From: Antedon mediterranea
Lineage: Eukaryota > Animalia > Echinodermata
Length of the DNA stretch: 64,000 nucleotides
NCBI RefSeq assembly: GCF_964355755.1
Contig: NC_092675.1
Location: 6,753,812-6,817,811 of the forward strand
Reading direction: 5' to 3'
In this document: one piece after another, positions 12,537 to 22,591 of the stretch
Layout of the letters: the number at the start of each line of letters is the position of its first letter
Numbering within the stretch: the first letter of the stretch is position 1
The notes under the pieces: generated by a model
Seen by the model: the letters and a program-made list of their open reading frames with translations, nothing else
Database searches by the model: none
Told to the model about the DNA's origin: nothing
Made by a program: the position numbers and the translations under genes

Positions 12537-14199
12537 ATGAGGTTTCTAACATTTATTGCCGTTACCTTCGTTCTCATTGATTTGTCATGCGGTAAGTAAA
12601 GTATCTTCTTCTATAAAAAAAAAACTGCTAATTAATATTATTAAGGCTATTAACATTATTTTTCATTTAAGCGATTTCTATTAATATCATATTTCGTTAT
12701 TTGGATATGTGTTGTGTGGAAACTGTTTATCTTTCCACACCCGCGACACAACAGACATCCTATCCTGTTTTTTAGTGAAGTCCTCAGAGTGTAGTATTAT
12801 ACCAAAGCAGATTTCTTTGATTAGACCATCGATATAATAAATCCATGATTAGACCTACAACTAAACAAGTTATTCAATCTGAATTATATTATATATTTAG
12901 CGGAGACGTTCAATGTAGAAGTTAAGATTGATCAACCCCCACAACGAGTTCAGAGAAAGCAAGAGGATAAAGGCGTGCTTTTCATCACGTTTATTGGTGC
13001 AGACCATCAGACTGGAAAACTTCCTCTAAGCAAGTAGGCCTAATCATTGACAAAAAATATTCAAATATACTATTACATGACGCTTGTTTCATATCTTGTC
13101 AGTGCTGCAAGATCTGTGCTTGTTGCTATTAACAGTAATATTAAATGTTGTTTATTACATGTATGTATGTATTTATAGTGTTGTATATAAATAGAAATAC
13201 ACATTAAAAGAAATAGGGCAAAATGGAATTATTTATTAGGCCTTAATTAATTTGTGATAAAACATATCAAAATACACTACAAATATAATATAAAATAATA
13301 AATATTAAAATGTACATTATGAATTAAAATAAAAATGTGTTATCCATTCCAAGCACACTAGAGTGTTTCCGTTAATTATAACGTCGATGCGGTAGCTTAT
13401 TTACAATTAACAGTGATCGTATCTTAAGCGATTTCTATTATTATTTCTATTTTCTTGCAGAAAATCAGAGGTCTTCACACCAGGCCAGGTGTACTCATAT
13501 GAGCTAACAGACGTCCCAGATGACCTAGGCGATCTGGTTGGCGTGTACTTGTACTGGGATTACGATGCAGATTGGTATAATCCTTTAAAATGGGACATCT
13601 GGATTGATCCTATTATGTATGTACATGAGCTGAGGATTACATCGCCAACCCAGAAGTAAGTCAAATATTACAATAATATTATAATACAGATTTAGATAAA
13701 TACAGTATTATTATTATGAACAAAAATACATGGGTACGTATTGACAAAAAACATCTGTTTTAAAACCGTAACTTTGTATAAGAGAGCAATGAATAACTGC
13801 ATTGTTTGTTATATCAAGGCAATCTAACAAAAGGACACTGAGCTCGTCTGGCCAATAAAGGAACTAAACAGTTCTTTGATCTTATGTCTGGCTGCGACAG
13901 ATTCCAACAGTACTGTAGATTTTACATATTCTCGCAGGCACAGATAATTCTTTATACTTGCCCAAAGTCTCTATAGTTACTGTCTTAATGTTTCAGTCGA
14001 CGTTTCGACATTTGTATATACTATTCCAGTTCCAGTATTATAAGTATGAAACGCCGTGTGCCAGAATGTTGATCTTTTTACCAATGTTAATACTTTTGTG
14101 TTGTTAAATTACAGATATGTAATGTGTGGCAGCAAGGCTCCAATAATGGCGGGGAAAGAGAACAGAGCATTCTTCACAAGTTCGGTACCATGTGCTTGA
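12537..14199 (+). CDS. Stand-alone secreted PLAT-domain protein (signal peptide + lipase C-terminal domain only), 155 aa
   Basis: Exons 12537-12591 (MRFLTFIAVTFVLIDLSC, phase-1 donor G|GTAAG), 12901-13033, 13461-13655, 14115-14199 (TGA); sum 468 nt, no stops. Exons 2-4 match lipase exons 7-9 in sequence (DKGVLFITFIG, WDYDADWYNPLKWDIW, YVMCG) and intron phase. The 309-bp intron 1 has no catalytic-domain exons. Confidence 0.85.
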
Positions 14200-14532
14200 T
14201 TTGAATATAATAATGAACTAAATAAAAGTAATTTATCACTGATAATATCGTTATTCTCTTCAATGACATATCAAATATCTATATCTTATAATAATTCTGA
14301 TGAGCTAAATCATGACTTAGAATAGGCCTATTTTTAGTTATTACTATTATAGGCTTAAAAATCGCCTGGAAATGTTTTGTGCACTACAATAAAGTAAAAC
14401 TCACAACGTTTCTCATATTAAATAGAATATTCAAACTATTAATCACATACTTCTTTCACCTTGGCATTTAACAAATCGGTATAAGCTGTTCCATTTGTCA
14501 TTGATTTGATATATCCAGCGAATCAATTGTCT

Positions 14533-17500
14533 TTACAATATGGATTCCGATAATGATCTAAATCTAGCTCGATGTGACCTAGTAGCATTTTTCTTTACCT
14601 GTTCCTTTATGTATTCATTTATTATCTTTACACATGCATTGTGATCCAGTTGTTGAAGGAGCGATTTCAGTTCACACAAAGCCGCTGTAGTGTTCAATTT
14701 CCTTCTTCTGCAATTGAGTTCCCATCTGTTGAGCACGAGAATTGTTGGACTTGAATCGGTTGGACAGTTTTTCGGAGCCTCTGGTCCCATCCATGTGATT
14801 TGATCTCCAGAAATATTCATCAATTGCGCTAAGCCTCGGTAGTCGCATAGCCTTAATTCTGTCTCGTCTTGCCTCTGTGATTCCCTAAGAACATCAAGCT
14901 GAATGGATAGACTACATCGTACGTTCTGTGATAGAATTGGTGGGTTTACCGGTGAGGGTGAAAACTGAACTTCCATGTACTTGTCCAGACTTTCCTATTT
15001 GCAATAAAAATATAGAATATTTAATAAACGTATCGAGTCATGCATAACGATTTAATTCACAGTAATCAGTTTTAGCAGCAAACTATTACAGGTAAATCTC
15101 GGCATAAGGCAAAGGTATTGCTTATCTTCAAGTTAAACTGGAAACTCCCAATGCAGGCAGCAGTGCAGTACAACACCTATTCAGATCAGCACACCGGGAA
15201 ATATATAAATTATAAACACATAGTCATTTTAACATTAAAGGGTAATTTAAGGAGGGTGATCCATCCAATTGCTGATCATTAGGGACCCTCAGAGGTTCAC
15301 AAGATAAACATATACACAAGATGCTCTACATAAACAAAGTCTTTGGGAGTGGAGTTGTAATTTTGTCCTTAGAAAAATCCTGACATGTGACGGGACTTGA
15401 ACCCAGGACCCTTAGAGTGGTAGCCAAGCATCATAACCACCAAGCCACAACTTTTACTGTTTGTTCATATTGTCACATAATAATTGTTGTTGTTGTTATT
15501 GTTAATCATTCAATTATGTGTACACCAAAGTAAAAATCCACATTTATTACCTGTTGTTTGAAATCAGCAGCTGTATCATAACATCTATTAGTTTGAACTT
15601 GCGCAATATGAACGGTCTTACCACCGATAGTTACCTCGAATGTCAAGAAAGCATCGCTAATTGAACAGTCTACCAGAAACTGACGATGAATGTATCCCAT
15701 ATCAGAAAAAACATCACTGACACAAATCATCTAAATATAGAAACAGCGTATTATAAATGGAGAACAAACGTTATTTTAGCGTGATTATCAATGTACTATA
15801 GGCCTACTGTTATTGATTAATATTAATTTATGTAACTAACATTCCGACTACAGATATCTATAAGAATATAACAATGAAGTCTTACATATTCCAGTGGTTT
15901 GGTTTTACATTCAACGCAATCAGTAATTCTGAAATTTACTTCATCACTTGAGTTGTATGATCCAACCTTAACTGGTTTTCCAAGTGCTTGAGAAGAACCT
16001 TGTTCTTCGTCCTTTAAATTCTGGAGAAATAGGATAATACAATGTAAAATCTGTTTTCTTAAAGAAATGTATGAAATATAACCAGGGAAGAATGAATTTC
16101 ACTCTTCCCCGATATAACGATATTTATTTGATCTGAATAGGCGTTGTACTGCACTGCTGCCTGCAAGAGTTTCCAGTTGAACTTGACGATAATAAAATAC
16201 AGTACCTTTGCCTTATATTAAAAAATATATTCAAGATTAATAAATAATATTTCGATAAAATGATTAAATAGGCCTAATAACAGTTAAACAATCATTGTAA
16301 AATGTGTAGGCCTACTTCTGAAGTTCTGCTAATTTTATTTTCCGATATTGTGAAATAGCTTATGATATGAATAATTAATTATTAATGACGATGTAGATAT
16401 CAAATGCGTGCTCAATTGTCAAATTATGACTACTGATTATATCAGATTATAAAATAGATTATTAATACTATAGTAATACAGACGCATGCAGCTATCAATA
16501 CGGTACGACTGCACTGCTGAAAGATGTAAAAAAGAAAAGAAAAATTCGCGCACTGTCACGACCTTTATCACTTTTAAGCTCCGCCTTCTAATTTGCATGT
16601 TAAAACGTTCTGTCTCACGCTTGAGTAGGCTCAGCACACAAAATGAATTTTGTTTATACAAAATGAATTTTGTCTATACAAAATGAATTTTGTCAGCACA
16701 AAATGAATTTTGTCAACACAAAATTAATTTTGTCGACTACAAACTGAATTTTGTCGACACAAAATAAATTTTGTCGACACATAATTTACTATGTCTACAT
16801 AGACGTAATTTTGTTGACACAGAATGAATTCTGTCGACACAGAATGGATTTTGTCTAAATAGAATTAATTCTGTCGACACAAAATCCAATTATGTGTCAC
16901 ATAATTGAATTATGTCGACAAAATGAGTAATGTCCCGAACGGCGCCCCGTACTTAAGTACTTCTGAATTACTTAATTAAAATTATGAATAATACCACCAA
17001 ACTTACGAGTTAGGATGACTATAGCGAGGCATTTAATAAAAAGGCAAACTGCCTTAAAATGTAAATGTGACATGTCACACTTGCCATATGATTGGTTGTT
17101 GCCTACATTCCTTGTTGTTTTTTTGTTTTTTTACCATTTTCCACAAAGTTTCACCGATAAGATCAACACCGTACCCCCACGTGAAATGATCAAATACAAG
17201 GTCTTCAGATTCTCCCACATTTTGCAAACTGATTGCGAATTTAATTTCAAAATGTACGTGATTGTTGGCGTTCCCTTGGGCAATCATGAATACATCGATC
17301 AAGATGAGATCGTAGTTGTGACGTCATCTGCCTTATTCAAACGAATTCATAACTCGAGGAAATTGATCATCTTTAATATGAACTGAATATTTTGGTTAGA
17401 TATGTATTTTCATATGTACTAATCATAATATTGTAAAATATTAAATAATATAAGCTCGTTTGTTTACTTAATTTATGTTGTTGTCGTTACAAGCTTTAAT

Positions 17501-19194
17501 ATAGTATCATAAAGATTTTATTAAGTATCCAATAATAATAATATTCATAGATCTTATAATATAGAGGCATTTAGTATTATCTATACATACAATGTTAACG
17601 CGGTAATGTAAACAACATGGAGTTTATTACTACTATACTACCACGCCTATGTTTGTAATAACAGGTTGTCATATTAACGAAAACATGATAAGGATAATTA
17701 TTACTAAATAATTCAGTTTTTTAATTTATTTTTTATATTCCACATCTGCCAGGCAATTTGACAGGGTACTTGTAAAGGTATAGTATTACAGTACAATATA
17801 CCATCCACCGATGCATTATAATTCATAATGGAGTTAACATTATAAAACTAAAAGACTTATTTACATACAACCTGTCCTATTGGTATAAAAGCACTCTAGG
17901 CGTTGTTTACTGTTCTGATGATGAGAATAGTTTCTCGAAACATGTCACATTTTTTTACATTTAAGGCAGTTTTCCTTTTTATTAAATGTCTCGCTTTAGT
18001 CATCTTAATTAAAATTGTATTAAATGTGTATGTAAAATCCGTTTTCTTGAGGAAATGTGAGAAATATAACCAGGCCCTGATAACGATATTTATTTGGTAG
18101 TAATTAAAATTCTATTGAATTCATTGTTCTATTTACTTTAATACAAATATGCCGGATTTGTACAGAACATAAAACTGATTTTACATAATTATAGTTGTGA
18201 TAGGCATAGGGAAACTCCCAGAACTGGCCAGTGATATACTGAGAATTTAATTAATAGGCCTATACAGTTAATGTTTGATAAGCTCATGCTCCATTTATCA
18301 TTAGGCCTACAAACAAAACATCTTAATTATCAAGAAGGTGTTTCCCCATTTTAACAATAAACATAATAAACCAATCACTATGAAGCGATTTTATATACAA
18401 ATTTGTATTAGTATAGGCCTAGACGTAATTTTAATTAAATGAAACATAATTTTAGTTTGAAATGATAATATAAAATAACGATGATCAATTTCTTTTTATG
18501 AGAAACAATATGTTTAAATATGTATTTTAATTACCCTTAAAGCATAGTAGGTACTGCAAAATACTCGAAAAGTAAATGTATTTTGTGTATTCTTCTCTAA
18601 AAAGGCAGATACATAGATGGGTGTATTTCCTTCGCTTATAGTTTGCACTCCACTATCAAATTTAATCCCTGTAAAGTGATTTAGATGCAGAATCACTGCG
18701 CTTTCTTCTATACAACACAAACCATCACTACTGGTATCATACGGCCTCCATTTCATAGGTTCTCCGAGTTTCTGAACACTCAACTTGATTCTTGTATGCA
18801 TCTGTTCGTAGAGTAATCCGCCATTTTGCTTCAAATTTGGAAAACGTAGTATTATCGAGCTGCTAAATCGAATACCCGGAGGTCCACAGATGATAACATA
18901 GTGCTTCTCTGTGTTGTACTCGACTGTATCTAAATACATGAATACGTAGCCGTAGCCCTCCCTTTGTTGTGGCATTGACCCCGGAGGAATGAGCAGTTGA
19001 ACATCTCCATTTCTCAATTCCATATACCCTCCTCCTTCTCCAACAGGTCCAACTACAAATTTCCCATCACTGCTTACTTCTGAACTTGATATATTGAAGT
19101 TTGATTTTAACTGCGAGTGCTTTGTGTCCTTCCATTGTTTGTAAACTTCCTCGCACTGTTTCGATATAATATTTTCTTGATGTTGAATCTCCAT
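14533..19194 (-). CDS. ZU5-UPA-death domain protein A (UNC5/UNC5CL-like, no transmembrane segment seen), about 478 aa
   Basis: Exons (minus) 19194-18535, 16020-15886, 15730-15551, 14994-14533; all phase 0, GT-AG, sum 1437 nt. ZU5 signature GGYMEL..VQLLIPPG..CGPPGIRF..ILRFP..LNHFT. UNC5-like death domain DYRGLAQLM..SPTILVLNRWE..LKSLLQQLD. The UPA assignment is by position only. Confidence 0.85.
15104..15449 (-). mobile_element. tRNA-derived SINE in intron 3 of ZU5-DD gene A; inverted 3'-end copy at 16129-16216
   Basis: Minus strand begins TGTGGCTTGGTGGTTA (A box) ... GGTTCAAGTCC (B box). Its distal ~85 bp recur in opposite orientation at 16129-16216. Confidence 0.65.
16635..16951. repeat. 22-bp palindromic minisatellite (ACAAAATGAATTTTGTCGAC-type) ending in a CCGTA transposon-like terminus
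   Basis: About 13 degenerate 22-bp units, then TGTCCCGAACGGCGCCCCGTA, resembling the right end of the 19835-20800 element. Confidence 0.75.
17911..17950 (+). ncRNA. Minimal type-I hammerhead ribozyme motif (Penelope-like pseudo-LTR remnant)
   Basis: CTGATGA-T-GAGAA(TAGT)TTCTC-GAAAC-AT-GTC: conserved core, 5-bp stem II, palindromic stem III and GUC cleavage triplet; TATAAAAG about 30 bp upstream. Stem I is weak. Confidence 0.5.
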
Positions 19195-19834
19195 ATTGTT
19201 TGAGTAGACTTCAGAATCAACGCCCAGTTATATTAATTGATCTCGAACCACAGTGATCATCATTTAAATAGCAACAAACTATTGCTATTTGAAGTTATTT
19301 TTATACATTATGGATAAACCTGAACATGTAGCATTGAACTATCTACTATGTATGTTGTAGGTAACCACCATACCAGCAACGATAATTTGTTCAGCGACGA
19401 TGGATTGATGATGATTGGAATATTACAATTCTTAGGTGTCTATCCCCTCGGGTAATAACAAAGTGCGAGCCAACGAGGCACGCGAGGCAGACAGGCAAGT
19501 CGGAAATTTATGCGAGGAATCGTTTTACCATCATAAAAAGTGCGAGGCAGGAAATCACCGAAATTGATTGATTATCCTGAATACGTGACGTAGCAAGTAG
19601 TCTTTATTTATAGACCATTGCTATACCGCGGTCTAACCTGTTAGCGGTCTTTAAAATTAAAGCCTACTCGAAGGAGTCTTAAAACAGTCTTAAACCTCTC
19701 TGTTTGTTGCTTTAACGTATTATTTATCGTCAAAGACAACCAATTGAACGAGTTTTAAGTGTTAAATCAAATAATAACAATCTAGAATAGATTGTCTTGC
19801 CTAGAAATGTACGTACTGTTATGATTGTGATTTG

Positions 19835-20800
19835 TACGGAAGCCCGTTCGGGCCACAAGTTAACTATATTTTAAAAGCTGTTATCTGGCGGCCGCCACTT
19901 AATTATCTGGCGGCCGCCACTTAATTATCTGGCGGTGGTCCACTTAATTATCTGGCGGCCGCCACTAAATTATCTGGCGGCCGCCACTTAATTATCTGGC
20001 GGCCGCCACTTAATTATCTGGCGGCCGCCACTTAATAATTAGTACATGTTCCATCACGTGACATGTACGTGCATTGGATCAGAGGCGATGTTGCATGCAA
20101 TAAAATATGGAACGCCAGTAATCTCTTCACATGCGGTGACGTCATGCTCTCAAACTATTTCATTATGCTTTTATACCGCACACCATTATCTTATACTCAT
20201 TCCTAATGCTCTTATGTGCATAACTAATGCTCTTATACTCATTCTTAATGCTCTTATACTCTTTCTTAATGCTTTTATACTCTTTCTTAATGCTCTTATA
20301 CTCTTTCTTAATGCTCTTATACTCTTTCTTAATGCTCTTATAATCTTTCTTAATGTTTTTATACTCTTTCTTAAAGCTCAAATACTCTTTCGTCATGCTC
20401 TTATGTGACTGTCCATGCTCTTATACTCTTTCGTCATTCTAAATTATGCGACGTATCATGCTCTTATGAGGTAACTAAAAATCCATCGACACATTCTCGA
20501 CGCACGTGGCGCACTACTTCAAATGTAAAATAATCGACGGCTGTACAAATAAGTCTAGGAAAGTTACAATTATCTTAATTATCTGGCGGCCGCCAGATAA
20601 TTAAGTGGCGGCCGCCAGATAATTAAGTGGCGGCCGCCAGATAATTAAGTGGCGGCCGCCAGATAATTAAGTGGCGGCCGCCAGATAATTAAGTGGCGAC
20701 CGCCAGATAATTAAGTGGCGGCCGCCAGATAATTAAGTGGCGGCCGCCAGATAACAGCATTTAAAATATAGTTAACTTGTGGCCCGAACGGGCTTCCGTA
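19835..20800. mobile_element. Foldback non-autonomous DNA transposon, TACGG..CCGTA ends, 6-bp TSD GATTTG, ~200-bp TIRs built from 22-bp tandem repeats
   Basis: TIR TACGGAAGCCCGTTCGGGCCACAAGTTAACTATATTTTAAA plus (TTATCTGGCGGCCGCCACTTAA)n in both arms; internal 21-bp repeat (CTCTTATACTCTTTCTTAATG)n at ~20190-20470; GATTTG at 19829-19834 and 20801-20806. Confidence 0.9.
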
Positions 20801-21117
20801 GATTTGAACAAGCGTGACGAATTACCTTATTTGGTATTCTACGCGCAAATTACGCCCTAAATGTGTTACTTTACGCGTAAAGTAAGCTTAAATAATTTGA
20901 CACGATGGATGAAATACAAAACAATCGTTACATAAAAATAAACAATGAGTGTAGGCCTATACACGAATCTATAGATACGCTAGGCCTATTATCAAAATAT
21001 AAATAATTGATTATTAGGCCTATAATAATAGTTTTTGAAATTGTAAACTATAATATGCTGCCCTCAGCAGTAGTACAGTTATGGGGGCGGATTGCTATAA
21101 GCGGTCTATAACCGGTC

Positions 21118-21372
21118 GCGTAATTTTTTTTTCCAGGACGAACGTGGGCAGAAATCATGAATAATTCATGCTGCCGAAATGTTTGGTCTAGTGGTAGTTC
21201 GAGATCTTTCATGAACATGTTTTTTTTAATAGTTGAGAGAGATTATTTAGAGGGTTAGGTTTAGTATATTTAGGAAGTAGATCAGCTATCTTGCAATTCT
21301 TTATATAGAAAGTAATTAAGGTAATGAATTATTCATGATTTCTGCCCACGTTCGTCCTGGAAAAAAAAACGC
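21118..21372. mobile_element. Small TIR element nested in a family-3 MITE
   Basis: TTTTTCCAGGACGAACGTGGGCAGAAATCATGAATAATTCAT and its reverse complement; host sequence TATAACCGGTC is duplicated on both sides. Confidence 0.75.
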
Positions 21373-22118
21373 TAATATAACCGGTCTTAGCGCTTAGCCG
21401 GCTATAATTCGTGACGTAGCAAGTAGTCTTTATTAATAAACCATTGCTGCAAACGGTCTTTAAAATTAAAACAGTCTTAAACCTCTCTTTTTGTTGCCTT
21501 TACGTATTATTTATCGTCAAAGACAACCAATTGAACGAGTTTTAAATAATAACGGTGGTTTTATTCTTATATAGGCCTAGAATAGAATAGATTTTCTTGC
21601 GTAGAAATATACGTACTGTTATGATTGTGAATTGAACAAGCGTGACGAACATTACCTTATTTGGTATTCTACGCGCAAAGTACGCCCTCAATTTGTTTAA
21701 TTTACGCGATCTTATCTAAGACTGTTTTATAGCAATGGTCTAACAGGGGTGGCTTTAGTAAGACCGTCTATCTGATAAAGCCGGCTTTAATCGGGGAGTT
21801 AAGTTAAGTTAAGTTAAGAGTGCTGGTCTTGCTAAGATAAGAACTCGTAACAGTTCTTTGATCTTATGTCTGACTGCGACAGATTCCAACAGTACTGTAG
21901 TTTTTACATATTCTCGCAGCTACAGATAGTTCTTTATACTTGCCCAAAGTCTCTATAGGCCTATTTACGGTCATTTTTATGTTGTCTGTATTTCAGTCGA
22001 CGTTTCTACTTTTGTATATAATATTCCAGTTCCAGTATTATACGTATGAACGCCATGTGTGCTAGAATGTTGATATTTTTACCAATATTAATTGTTAAGT
22101 ACTTTTGCTAAATTACAG

Positions 22119-22203
22119 ATATATCATGTGTGGCAGCAAGGCTCCAATAATGGCGGGGAAAGAGAACAGAGCATTCTTCACAAGTTCGATACCATGTGTT
22201 TGA
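22119..22203 (+). pseudogene. Orphan duplicate of the PLAT-only gene's last exon (possible alternative terminal exon)
   Basis: AATTACAG|ATATATCATGTGTGGCAGCAAGGCTCC...TGA is near-identical to 14115-14199; upstream intron 21845-22118 also matches 13861-14114. No matching upstream exons nearby. Confidence 0.8.
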
Positions 22204-22591
22204 TTTAATACCTATATTATTTACTAAATGACCTAATAGACATAATGATATGTTGTCAAACATAATATCGTATTTTCTAATAACTATGCAATTATATTAT
22301 CAATCAATCGTCAATCGTTCGATTTATATAGCGCAATACCAAAAATCATTGCTCATGTTGATAATAAAACTACTAATATAATCTAAGTATCATTTTTTTT
22401 CATTTCTACTGATAATTAATAAAGATTGAACCGTGTAACCAATATCGATATACGTGTTTTTGCATACTTTTATAAATGGCTATGATTAGGCGGATCAAAG
22501 GGGATTCGGGGTGTTGGCTTAGGATTATGTTAGCATGTGCTAGCCTAATTTCTGAATTTACTCTTATAACACGAGGCAACGAATCAGATAT

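Noticed and set aside
17015-17386. GC-richer coding-looking block with ORFs on both strands in DD-A intron 1
   Set aside because: No recognisable domain, stops upstream in the minus frames, and no counterpart in paralogue B; may be a decayed insertion.
20046-20408. ORFs with NALILFL / KSIKKEY heptad repeats
   Set aside because: By-product of a 21-bp tandem repeat inside the foldback element.
19880-20755. Regular 22-bp repeats resembling a CRISPR array (also 16635-16925 and 45656-45829)
   Set aside because: Head-to-tail units without unique spacers, no cas genes, eukaryotic context; the 19.9-20.8 kb arrays are the arms of a transposon.
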